NCBI GenBank assembly: GCA_040220235.1
Contig: JAVJTO010000013.1
From: Coleofasciculus sp. B1-GNL1-01
GTDB lineage: Bacteria; Cyanobacteriota; Cyanobacteriia; Cyanobacteriales; Coleofasciculaceae
DNA length: 64,000 nt
Strand: one strand, 5' to 3'
The notes beneath the pieces were generated by a model, which was given only the letters and a program-made list of their open reading frames with translations, did not search any database and had not been told where the DNA came from. The number at the start of each line of letters is the position of its first letter. The first letter of the stretch is position 1. Below are positions 47,446-56,412 of this stretch, one piece after another. The position numbers and the translations under genes are program-made.

Positions 47446-50400
47446 ATGGCGACGGTGATTGAGTTGTGCCAAGCCATCTCTGGAGAAATTAGACTACAGC
47501 CCTTGCTCTCAACTTTAATCCAGATAGCCTTTGAGACGACAGATGCTCAAAGCGCTACCCTGATTTTGCCTCAGCCAGAGGGTTTAGTTGTAGCGGCTAG
47601 GGGGGTAAGGGGTACGAACCCCACCATTTTGCCCCTGACTCCCATCGAATCCAGCCCGGAGATTCCCCTGATGCTGGTTGAATATGTATGGCATCATCCA
47701 GACATTTTGATCGTCTCAGATGATACGACAGATGTTAAACGATGGTCAATGATCGCACTGAATCCGGGAGATGAGGGAAGTGAGGGCGGGTTTAGTACCA
47801 TCAGGGCGGGAAACAACGATAATAATGAAACCCGCCCCTACAACCTCAACATTCAAAACTCAACACGTCCCCAATTGAGTGTATTATGTGCGCCATTAAC
47901 AGTTGGTAATCAGGAAATTGGTATTCTTTACCTAGAAAATAATCAAACCAGAAGCGTATTTACGCGCGATCGCGTGGCGATTGTCCAACTCCTGTGCGTC
48001 CAAGCGGCATCGGCGCTAAAGAATGCTCAAGCCTACAACCATCTAGAAAACCATTCGCGAATCCTGGAGAACACTGTAGAACAGCAAAAGCAGCAGTTAC
48101 AACACAGTGAATCCCGCTATCGTGCGATTATTGAGGATCAAAGTGAACTGATTTGTCGTTACAGCGCCAATGGCATACTCACCTTTGTTAACGAAGTCTA
48201 TTGTCGCTATTTTGGCAAAACTCCCGAAGAACTAATTGGACATCGCTTTTTCCCCCTGATTCACCCGGATGATCAAGCGGTGTTAGAAGGCTTTATTGCG
48301 GAGTTGAACCCAGACAACCCTGTAGGTATAGTCGAACACCGTGTCATTCTAGAGAGTGGTGAGATTCGCTGGCAACAATGGAGCGATCGCGCTATCTTTG
48401 ACGAGCAAGGACAATTACTGGAATTCCAGGCAGTTGGACGGGATATCACTGATTGCAAATTAACTGAAGCACGCCTGCGCCACAGTGAAGCCAGACTCCA
48501 CGCCGTTGTTACCAGTACCTCCGACGGGATTATGATTGTCGATCGCCAAGGTCAAGTTCGCTTCACCAACCCAGCCGCCGCCAATCTCTTAAATCAGGAT
48601 GTAGAAGAATTACTCAACTATAACTTTGGACTACCCGTTGGTGTGAATCAAACCACAGAATTGGGAATTGTTCGTGCCGATGGACAACTCAGCTTTGCTG
48701 AAATGAGTGTGGTGGAAACGGAATGGGAAGGTGAATCGGTTTTTGAGATTTGCTTGCGCGATGTCACCGAACGTCAACGGGCGGAAGCCGCATTACGAGA
48801 AAGTGAAGAACGCTTCCGGGCAATATTTGAACAAGCCGCCGTGGGCATTGCCCTGGGGACACCATCGGGACAGTTAATTCGGGTCAATCAGCGATTTTGT
48901 GACCTGGTAGGATACGAGGAATCGGAATTATTACAGCTTAGTTTCCCCGACATTACTCACCCTGATGACCGAGGCGCAGAACTTAATGATTTAACTCAAT
49001 TATTAGCAGGTCAACGTTCCACCTATTCTAGAGAAAAACGCTTTATCCGCCAAGATGGTCAATGGCAATGGGTCAATGTTGCTGTATCCCTGGTGCGAAC
49101 TTGGATGGATACCCCTAATTATATTATTGGCGTCGTTGAGGATATCCAACAGCGCAAGCAAACGGAAGTCGCCCTGCAACAGGCTTTAGATGCAGCAGAA
49201 GCGGCTAATTATGGCAAAAGCGAGTTCTTGGCAAATATGAGTCATGAACTGCGTACTCCCCTCAATGCTATCCTGGGCTTTACTCAACTCATGGCAAGGG
49301 ATGCATCTCTAAATCAAGATCAGCAGGATTATTTGGGCATTATTATTCGTTCGGGTGAACATTTGCTGGATTTAATTAATAATGTCCTGAATATGTCCAA
49401 AATTGAGGCGGGTAGGATTTCCCTATCAGAAAATAGCTTTGACCTTTACAGTTTGGTCGATTCCATTGCCGAGATGTTGCGCTTGAAAGCCTTATCAAAG
49501 GGGTTACAACTTATGGTTGAGCGCACGGCAAATGTACCTCGCTATGGGGTGGCGGATGAGGGAAAATTGCGGCAGATCTTGATTAATTTAGTCGGTAATG
49601 CGGTTAAATTTACGTCACAAGGTAGGGTTATTTTGCGCGTGCAAGGGATATCCGATAGGATAACCACACCTACGAACACCGATACTCAATCCCGGCTGTT
49701 TTTTGAAGTTGAAGACACAGGCGTTGGCATTCCGGCGGAGGAACTGGATACCCTGTTTCAGGCTTTTGTGCAAACGAAAACCAGTCAGCGATCGCAGTCG
49801 GGAACGGGTTTAGGTTTAGCGATTAGTCGTCGATTTGTCCAGTTGATGGGTGGGGACATTACCATTAACAGTACTCCAGGTCAAGGTACATTGGTAAAAT
49901 TTGATATCCCTATTGGCATTGTTCCCCAAGACCAGACTCCTAGCCAACCCTTAAGTCAACAGGTTATTGGCATCGCACCCGACCAACCCAACTATCGCAT
50001 TTTAGTGGTTGAAGATCAATGGGCAAATCGCAAACCCCTGGTTAAGTTTCTGGAATCCTTAGGATTAGACGTGCGAGAAGCCGATAATGGTCAAGTGGCA
50101 GTGGCTATTTGGGAACATTGGCACCCTCATCTGATTTGGTTAGATATGCGAATGCCGGTGATGGATGGGTATGAAGCCACCCAATTAATTAAATCCCATC
50201 CTCAGGGAAAGACAACCGTGATTATTGCCTTAACCGCTAGCGCTTTTGATGAAGAACGAACCGCTATTTTAGATGTCGGTTGTGATGATTTTGTCGCCAA
50301 GCCCTTCCGAACAGATGCGATTTTAGAGAAAATGGGACAACATTTAGGACTCCGTTATCGCTATGAAAATGCTGATCCACTCTCATCTGATGCCGATACA

Positions 50401-50613
50401 CCAATATTAACCCCTGAGGATTTAAAGGTGATGCCGACAACTTGGATTGCCCAGTTGCACCAAGCCGCCATTCAGCTCAATAGCAAGCAGATTATTCAGC
50501 TTATCGAACAAATTCCCCCAGAACAGACATTATTCGCCAAGGCGTTAACTGATTTAGTTAATAATTTTCGTTGTGATGTCATTATGGAGATAGCTCACCA
50601 AGCTATCTCCTGA
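47446..50613 (+). CDS. Hybrid sensor histidine kinase (GAF - 3x PAS - HisKA - HATPase - REC - C-terminal helical domain)
   Basis: H-box SHELRTPLN, boxes LVGNAVKFT / DTGVGI / GTGLGLAIS, and REC ILVVEDQWANR...WLDMRMPVMDG...AKP. I prefer the ATG at 47,446 over the TTG at 47,407. Confidence 0.9.
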   Translation: MATVIELCQAISGEIRLQPLLSTLIQIAFETTDAQSATLILPQPEGLVVAARGVRGTNPTILPLTPIESSPEIPLMLVEYVWHHPDILIVSDDTTDVKRWSMIALNPGDEGSEGGFSTIRAGNNDNNETRPYNLNIQNSTRPQLSVLCAPLTVGNQEIGILYLENNQTRSVFTRDRVAIVQLLCVQAASALKNAQAYNHLENHSRILENTVEQQKQQLQHSESRYRAIIEDQSELICRYSANGILTFVNEVYCRYFGKTPEELIGHRFFPLIHPDDQAVLEGFIAELNPDNPVGIVEHRVILESGEIRWQQWSDRAIFDEQGQLLEFQAVGRDITDCKLTEARLRHSEARLHAVVTSTSDGIMIVDRQGQVRFTNPAAANLLNQDVEELLNYNFGLPVGVNQTTELGIVRADGQLSFAEMSVVETEWEGESVFEICLRDVTERQRAEAALRESEERFRAIFEQAAVGIALGTPSGQLIRVNQRFCDLVGYEESELLQLSFPDITHPDDRGAELNDLTQLLAGQRSTYSREKRFIRQDGQWQWVNVAVSLVRTWMDTPNYIIGVVEDIQQRKQTEVALQQALDAAEAANYGKSEFLANMSHELRTPLNAILGFTQLMARDASLNQDQQDYLGIIIRSGEHLLDLINNVLNMSKIEAGRISLSENSFDLYSLVDSIAEMLRLKALSKGLQLMVERTANVPRYGVADEGKLRQILINLVGNAVKFTSQGRVILRVQGISDRITTPTNTDTQSRLFFEVEDTGVGIPAEELDTLFQAFVQTKTSQRSQSGTGLGLAISRRFVQLMGGDITINSTPGQGTLVKFDIPIGIVPQDQTPSQPLSQQVIGIAPDQPNYRILVVEDQWANRKPLVKFLESLGLDVREADNGQVAVAIWEHWHPHLIWLDMRMPVMDGYEATQLIKSHPQGKTTVIIALTASAFDEERTAILDVGCDDFVAKPFRTDAILEKMGQHLGLRYRYENADPLSSDADTPILTPEDLKVMPTTWIAQLHQAAIQLNSKQIIQLIEQIPPEQTLFAKALTDLVNNFRCDVIMEIAHQAIS
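47783..47842. repeat. GGGCGGGTTT hairpin element inserted in frame within the kinase GAF domain
   Basis: AGGGCGGGTTT ... AAACCCGCCCCTAC is 60 nt, or 20 codons. It is translated as (E)GGFSTIRAGNNDNNETRPYN. Confidence 0.8.
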
Positions 50614-50767
50614 TAAAAATCTCCCTTTTTCCCGGTAGTTTAGATAGGGGACATACTTCAATAGAATATTAGTTGGATACACTCTAATTTAATTCCAGCT
50701 CCCTCTGCTCCCCCTAGCCCTTGCCGTATTACACTATCCGCCATTCTTATGGCAGCCAGACTCGCTT

Positions 50768-52075
50768 ATGAATAGTTATCAGCAAAAAACAGCAAAAGGA
50801 ATTATTTTAATCGTTGATGATACACCCGATAGCTTACGTCTGTTGGAAGCCGCACTAACAAGATATGGCTATGAAGTTCGCAGCACAGTCAACGGCAGCA
50901 TGGCATTAATGGCGGCAAAAGCGGTAGCACCTGATCTGATTTTGTTGGACATTAAAATGCCCGACATGAATGGCTATGACGTTTGTTCAGCCTTGAAAGC
51001 TTCACCTGTCACTCGTGATATTCCGATAATTTTTATTAGCGCGTTGGATGAAGTCTTTGATAAAGTCAAAGCCTTTGCCTTGGGAGGAGCTGACTATATT
51101 ACTAAACCTTTTCAATTTGAAGAGGTTTTGGCGCGTGTTGATCATCAACTGACGATTCGCCAACTTACCCAGGGTTTAGAGCAACGAGTTGAAGAACGAA
51201 CCGCCCAATTAAAACAAACCTTACAGGAGTTACAACAAGCCCAAGTTCAGCTTGTACAAATTGAAAAAATGGCAACCTTGGGTCAACTGGTAGCCGCCGT
51301 AGCTCATGAAATTAACAATCCTGTAGGATTTATTAATGGAAATCTCAGTTGTGCCAAGGATTATACAAACGATCTGATTTCCCTGCTGCGTCTGTATCAA
51401 GACAAATTTCCCCATCCCGGGACTGAAATCGAACAAGAAAGTCAGGATATTGAACTTGATTATTTAATTGAAGATCTGCCCAGTATTTTATCCTCAATGA
51501 AAAAAGGAGTTGATCGTCTCTTTCAGTTAAGTAGCTCTTTGCGAACCTTTTCTCGTTTGGATGCTCATACCAAGGTAGTCTTTAACATCCATGATGGAAT
51601 CGATAGTACACTATTAATTTTAAAGCACCGCCTTAAGGCAAATGATAAACGTCCAGCAATCGAAGTGATTAAAAACTACGGCGAATTACCGCCTATTGAA
51701 TGTTATCCTGGGCAATTAAACCAAGTTTTTATGAATCTTATTGCTAATGCGATAGATGCATTAGATGAATTACAGACAAAGAAGTCCAAGGACTTGAATA
51801 AAGACTATCTGCCTCAAATTAAAATTGATACCGACATTCAGTACGATCAAGAAATTGTTATTATTCGGATTCGCGATAATGGAATAGGAATGCCAAGTCA
51901 GGTAAAAGACTGCATATTTGATAATTTTTTTACCACCAAGCCTGTGGGTAAAGGAACGGGTTTAGGCTTATCGATTGCGCGTCAGATTGTAGTCGAAAAG
52001 CATGGAGGTTCCCTAAATTTTAGTTCCGCACCCGAGCAAGGAACCGAGTTTGTGATTGAGTTGCCCATGTCATAA
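50768..52075 (+). CDS. Response-regulator/histidine-kinase hybrid (N-terminal REC, AHEINNP-type HK)
   Basis: REC ILIVDDTPDSL...LLDIKMPDMNG...TKP, H-box VAHEINNPVGFI, and boxes LIANAIDAL / DNGIGM / GTGLGLSIA. Confidence 0.9.
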   Translation: MNSYQQKTAKGIILIVDDTPDSLRLLEAALTRYGYEVRSTVNGSMALMAAKAVAPDLILLDIKMPDMNGYDVCSALKASPVTRDIPIIFISALDEVFDKVKAFALGGADYITKPFQFEEVLARVDHQLTIRQLTQGLEQRVEERTAQLKQTLQELQQAQVQLVQIEKMATLGQLVAAVAHEINNPVGFINGNLSCAKDYTNDLISLLRLYQDKFPHPGTEIEQESQDIELDYLIEDLPSILSSMKKGVDRLFQLSSSLRTFSRLDAHTKVVFNIHDGIDSTLLILKHRLKANDKRPAIEVIKNYGELPPIECYPGQLNQVFMNLIANAIDALDELQTKKSKDLNKDYLPQIKIDTDIQYDQEIVIIRIRDNGIGMPSQVKDCIFDNFFTTKPVGKGTGLGLSIARQIVVEKHGGSLNFSSAPEQGTEFVIELPMS

Positions 52076-52094
52076 GTCTTTTGGTCTATAATTT

Positions 52095-52307
52095 GGGCTT
52101 GCTGCATGAGTGTGGAAGCTAGACCAGATAAGGGTTTTAAGCCATTTTCCTACCCAACAAGTGCAAGGTTTTTACATCATAACCGTCAAAACCCTGGAAT
52201 TTGTGCCTCCGCCAGCGCCAAATTTTCCCTCGACAGAGGCTTGAAACCATTGCCCATTGCCTATTCCCTATTGCCTCTCCCCACCACAAGACTTATTCAG
52301 CAACCCC
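52095..52307 (-). mobile_element. MITE family A, full copy 2 (inverted relative to copy 1)
   Basis: Its reverse complement aligns end to end with 21,800-22,013. ORF 52106..52333 and ORF 21759..21959 share the peptide SLDRGLKPLPIAYSLLPLPTTRLIQQPL only because both translate this element. Confidence 0.8.
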
Positions 52308-52310
52308 TAA

Positions 52311-52354
52311 TTTGTCATACTCGCTTCCCTTGAGAAGCAAGCTACGTCCTTTGT
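52311..52354. repeat. Core element CATACTCGCTTCCCTTGAGAAGCAAGCTACGTCCTTTGT
   Basis: One of five copies of the GAGAAGCAAGCTACGTC core. It lies between MITE-A copy 2 and the stop of the kinase at 52,361. Confidence 0.8.
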
Positions 52355-52360
52355 AAGAAT

Positions 52361-53812
52361 TTAAAAGCCTTTCGGTAAAGTTACTGTAAAAGTTGTACCG
52401 ACACCAACCGCACTGGTCAATGTAATTTCTCCCCGATGAAGTTCCACACATTTTTTGACGATGGATAACCCCAATCCAGTGCCACTAATTGCACCAACAT
52501 TACTGGCGCGATTAAAGGATTGAAATAATCGAGCTTGGTCTTCTGGGGGAATGCCGATTCCAGAATCCGAGACTTGTAATATGATTTGTGAGTCTTCACA
52601 GGTTAAGTGAACGCCAACATTGCCGCCATCGGGTGAATATTTAATCGCATTGGAGACTAAATTTGTAATAATCTGGCGCAATAACTTAGCATCGCCGTTC
52701 AATTGGTTACCATTCCCCTGATTGCTAAAAACTAACCGATAGTTATCCTCCTGTCCCACTTGCACCTGAGAGACTAACTCCTGAGTAAATGGGATAATCT
52801 CAATCGGTTCTGGCTTAAATTCTAACTTATTCAATTCTGCTTTACTAATAAATAAGACATCATCGACTAAGGCGGTTAAATGCTCGACGGCTGACTTAAT
52901 TCGTCCTAAATGCTGCTCTTGCTTGACATCACTTAACCGCTGACGATATCGACTTAACATTTCTGCACTGGAGAGAATTACAGTCAACGGTGTTCGGTAT
53001 TCATGAGACACCACACTAATAATTTGGGATTTGAGTTGATTGAGGTGTTTTTCGGTATCTAAGGCGCGACGCAGGCTTTCTTCGGCTTGTTTACGGGGAG
53101 TAATATCTCGCAGGGAGGCGAGATAGGCTGATTCACTATTCCAGTTCATTTGCACCAATCGCATTTCCACAATTACTGAGTCCCCGGATGGCTGTTGAAT
53201 CGTTAGTTCCGTGGTTTCCTGATGGGTAAAGGGAAAGCCTAAGACGGCTGCATTGAGTTGATTAGCGGGACAACCCAACAGCGATTCGGCGGCTGGGTTA
53301 GCAAATACAACGATACCCTGGGGATTAATCATCACCATACCATCGGCGTTTTGGCTAATAATGGTGCGAAGTTGTGCTTCTTTGGCTTGGAGTTCCTGAT
53401 TCTGTTGCTTAAGTCTTAAGCTGAGGTGCTGACGCTCAATTCCATAGCGGATAGAACGAGATAGTAAATGGCTATCAAATTGTCCTTTCACTAAATAGTC
53501 CTGCGCTCCCGCTTGCACGGCGGCTAAGGCAATATCTTGATCTGCTAAACCCGATAGAACAATAATTGGGATATCAGGATAGTGAGAGGATAGGCTGAAA
53601 AACGTATCAAGTCCTTGGGTTTCAGGTAAAAATAAGTCTAACAGTATAATATCATAACTCTGCTGTCGAAGATAGTTAATTGCCTGCTGAAGCGTCTCCG
53701 CTTGCTCGATGTCAACCGTGAGGTATTGCGCCTTTTGTAGTAATCTTTTTAGTAAAAATGCATCGTCTTGATCGTCTTCGATTAAAAGGATTTTAGCAGA
53801 TATATTTTCCAT
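52361..53812 (-). CDS. REC-PAS-histidine kinase hybrid
   Basis: REC ILLIEDDQDDA...LLDLFLPETQG...VKG, a PAS region, H-box SHEYRTPLT, and boxes LVSNAIKYS / DSGIGI / GTGLGLSIV. Confidence 0.9.
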   Translation of the reverse strand: MENISAKILLIEDDQDDAFLLKRLLQKAQYLTVDIEQAETLQQAINYLRQQSYDIILLDLFLPETQGLDTFFSLSSHYPDIPIIVLSGLADQDIALAAVQAGAQDYLVKGQFDSHLLSRSIRYGIERQHLSLRLKQQNQELQAKEAQLRTIISQNADGMVMINPQGIVVFANPAAESLLGCPANQLNAAVLGFPFTHQETTELTIQQPSGDSVIVEMRLVQMNWNSESAYLASLRDITPRKQAEESLRRALDTEKHLNQLKSQIISVVSHEYRTPLTVILSSAEMLSRYRQRLSDVKQEQHLGRIKSAVEHLTALVDDVLFISKAELNKLEFKPEPIEIIPFTQELVSQVQVGQEDNYRLVFSNQGNGNQLNGDAKLLRQIITNLVSNAIKYSPDGGNVGVHLTCEDSQIILQVSDSGIGIPPEDQARLFQSFNRASNVGAISGTGLGLSIVKKCVELHRGEITLTSAVGVGTTFTVTLPKGF

Positions 53813-53847
53813 TGTATTTCATTTAAAGTGGCAAACGACTGTAAGAA

Positions 53848-54270
53848 TTAAAAATTAGGAAGATGAACAATTGTAAACCAAAACTCTCTAATTGATTGAA
53901 CGACGGATGTAAATTGTTTCAACCCAATAGGTTTACTGACATAGCAATTCGCACCGAGTTTATAGCTTCTAAACACCTCGGATTCATCATCACTGGTGGT
54001 GAGAATCACCACGGGGATATGCTTAAGCCGCTCATCGGTTTTGATTTGGTGCAAAACCTCTCGTCCATGTAATCCTGGCAAATTCAGATCCAGTAAAATT
54101 AAGTTGGGATGGGTAGCTTGATTGTAGTCACCCTCTTGGCGTAAGTAAGCCAGCGCTTCTTCACCATCAGAAATGACGGTGAGACTGGATTTAACTGGTG
54201 ATTTTTTCAGCGCCGCTTCCGTTAAATCGGCATCTCCTGGATCATCTTCGATTAAAAGGATTTGAATCAT
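53848..54270 (-). CDS. Single-domain CheY/Rcp1-like response regulator
   Basis: 140 aa, ILLIEDDPGDADL...LLDLNLPGLHGREVL...SKP, the pattern of phytochrome-associated Rcp-type regulators. Confidence 0.9.
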   Translation of the reverse strand: MIQILLIEDDPGDADLTEAALKKSPVKSSLTVISDGEEALAYLRQEGDYNQATHPNLILLDLNLPGLHGREVLHQIKTDERLKHIPVVILTTSDDESEVFRSYKLGANCYVSKPIGLKQFTSVVQSIREFWFTIVHLPNF

Positions 54271-54365
54271 TGGTTATTGGTCATTGGTCATTGGTCATTG
54301 GTCATTGGTCATTGGTTCTTTGTTATACTCATTGCTCTTGAGAAGCAAGCTACGTCATTTGTTAT
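54268..54365. repeat. STRR heptamer array (CATTGGT = TTGGTCA register, 7 units) plus the GAGAAGCAAGCTACGTC core
   Basis: Read directly. It fills essentially the whole 110-nt spacer between the kinase stop (54,381) and the regulator start (54,270). Confidence 0.9.
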
Positions 54366-54380
54366 TTGGGATTAGTCCTC

Positions 54381-55949
54381 CTAAGTTTTTCTTAGTGTAA
54401 AATAAAAGGTTGTACCTTGACTAAATTCTGATTCTAACCAAATCTTTCCCCCCTGACTCTCGACAATTTTACGGACAATGGCTAACCCAATCCCGGTTCC
54501 GGGATATTTACTGCGACTGTGAAGACGTTGGAAAATTTCAAAGACTCTATCTTGGTATTGAGGTTTAATTCCAATCCCGTTATCCGATACCCTAATTAAC
54601 CAGGAGTCTTTCTGGGATTCAGCGCGAATCTGAATCTGGGGTGGAATATCTTGACGGAATTTGATTGCATTACTAATTAAGTTCTGAAATAACTGTCCCA
54701 TTTGGCGAGAATTTGCCGGAACGGTTGGTAAAGACTCAGCGATGATTTGAGCCTGATTTTCGTCAATACATACACTTAAATCCTCCAGCGTCTGGGCTAA
54801 AACTGTATTCAAATCTGTTGCTCGAACTTCTCGGTTATCCCGACCGACTCGTGAATAGGTCAATAGGTCTTGAATCAGGGTTTCTAGGCGAGTCACTCCA
54901 TCGGTAATATAATGAATATATTTATCCGCCATTTCATCCAGTTGTCCCTGGTAATCTTCTGCCAGTAATTCGGTATAGCCTTTAATTTTTCGCAAGGGTT
55001 CGCGCAAGTCGTGGGAGGCAATGTAAGCAAATTGTTCGAGTTCTTGATTGGAAAAGGTCAGTTCTCGGTTGGCGTCTTGTAGTTTCTGTTGTGCCTGTTT
55101 TAATGGGGTAATTTCCACAACTAAGCTGCCAATTTCATCAACTGTGTGTTTTGGGAAAAAAATGGGAAAGTAAGAGGCTAACCAATAGCGGGCAACTCCC
55201 GGATTGCTGGCAGTTTCTCCAGTTATTTCTTGATTGATTAGCGGTTTTCCGGTGGTGAGTACCTGGTGTAAAATTGGGGTAATGGTAGACGCCAGATGAG
55301 GTAAAACCTCTTCTGTAGTTTTACCCAGATGCTCATCTACAGATAAACCATTAATTTCTGCCAATGCCTGATTAATCTGCTTAAATTTTAGGGTTTTATC
55401 CTGAATTGCTAGTCCAACATTGGCATTTGAAGCCGCATAAAAAAACTCATTCAGTAACTGTTCCCGTAAAATTACGGCTTGGGTTTGCTCCTGAACGCGC
55501 CGTTCTAATTCTTGATTGGCTTGATGTAGCGCTTGTTGGGTTTGCCGCAATTTTTGCTCACTTAAGCTGCGCTCAATCGCATAACGAAGGGAACGAACTA
55601 ATAAATCTGGAGTAATTTGTCCCTTGACTAAATAATCTTGCGCCCCTTGGCGAATAATGTCAACGGCAAAGTCCTCATCGGCTAATCCGGTTAATACTAC
55701 GATGGGGAGTTTGGGGTGATGATTCTGTAGGTCTTTGAGGGTATTTAATCCGTTACTATCGGGTAAACAAAGGTCTAATAACACCACGTCAAAGGGCTGG
55801 TGATGTAAACGCGCGATCGCACTGTCTAAATCTGTCGCTGCTTCCACTTGAAACTTGGGCGTTTTGACTTGAGCGAAGATGACGTTAATTAAGTCTACAT
55901 CGCCGGGGTTATCTTCCACAATTAAAACAGTAATGAACGGCTTATGCAT
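54381..55949 (-). CDS. REC-PAS-histidine kinase hybrid (phytochrome-type HK core)
   Basis: REC VLIVEDNPGDVDL...LLDLCLPDSNG...VKG, H-box ASHDLREPLRKI, and boxes LISNAIKF / DNGIGI / GTGIGLAIV. Confidence 0.9.
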   Translation of the reverse strand: MHKPFITVLIVEDNPGDVDLINVIFAQVKTPKFQVEAATDLDSAIARLHHQPFDVVLLDLCLPDSNGLNTLKDLQNHHPKLPIVVLTGLADEDFAVDIIRQGAQDYLVKGQITPDLLVRSLRYAIERSLSEQKLRQTQQALHQANQELERRVQEQTQAVILREQLLNEFFYAASNANVGLAIQDKTLKFKQINQALAEINGLSVDEHLGKTTEEVLPHLASTITPILHQVLTTGKPLINQEITGETASNPGVARYWLASYFPIFFPKHTVDEIGSLVVEITPLKQAQQKLQDANRELTFSNQELEQFAYIASHDLREPLRKIKGYTELLAEDYQGQLDEMADKYIHYITDGVTRLETLIQDLLTYSRVGRDNREVRATDLNTVLAQTLEDLSVCIDENQAQIIAESLPTVPANSRQMGQLFQNLISNAIKFRQDIPPQIQIRAESQKDSWLIRVSDNGIGIKPQYQDRVFEIFQRLHSRSKYPGTGIGLAIVRKIVESQGGKIWLESEFSQGTTFYFTLRKT

Positions 55950-55953
55950 CAGA

Positions 55954-56412
55954 TTAATTCCCCTTAGGTGGTAATTGAACGCGAGTTAACCAAAAGGCTT
56001 CAATCGACTGAATCACTTCCAGAAAATCCTCTAGCTTCAGAGGTTTAGTCAAATAGCAATTGGCATGGAGTTGGTAAGTTTGACGAATATCGACCTCCGA
56101 GGCAGAACTGGTAAAAATAATCACCGGAATGGCTTGGAAATTGGGGTCAAATTTAATCTTTTGCAACACTTCGCGACCATCCATTAAGGGGAGATTCAAA
56201 TCCAAGAGAATGAGGTCAGGGCGAGGCACATCGGTATAGGGTTCCTCATGGGATAAAAATGCCAACGCCGCTTCCCCATCTGCCACCCCATGTAATCGAT
56301 TCGGGATTTGGCTGGTTCTCAGGGCAACTCGGGTTAAATCCACATCTCCTGGATTATCTTCAACTAACAGAATCTCGACTTGTTTATCCCCAGACGAATG
56401 AGTCATCGGCAC
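55954..56412 (-). CDS. Single-domain CheY/Rcp1-like response regulator
   Basis: 152 aa, ILLVEDNPGDVDL...LLDLNLPLMDGREVL...TKP. It overlaps the stop of the upstream photoreceptor kinase by 10 nt. Confidence 0.9.
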   Translation of the reverse strand: MPMTHSSGDKQVEILLVEDNPGDVDLTRVALRTSQIPNRLHGVADGEAALAFLSHEEPYTDVPRPDLILLDLNLPLMDGREVLQKIKFDPNFQAIPVIIFTSSASEVDIRQTYQLHANCYLTKPLKLEDFLEVIQSIEAFWLTRVQLPPKGN

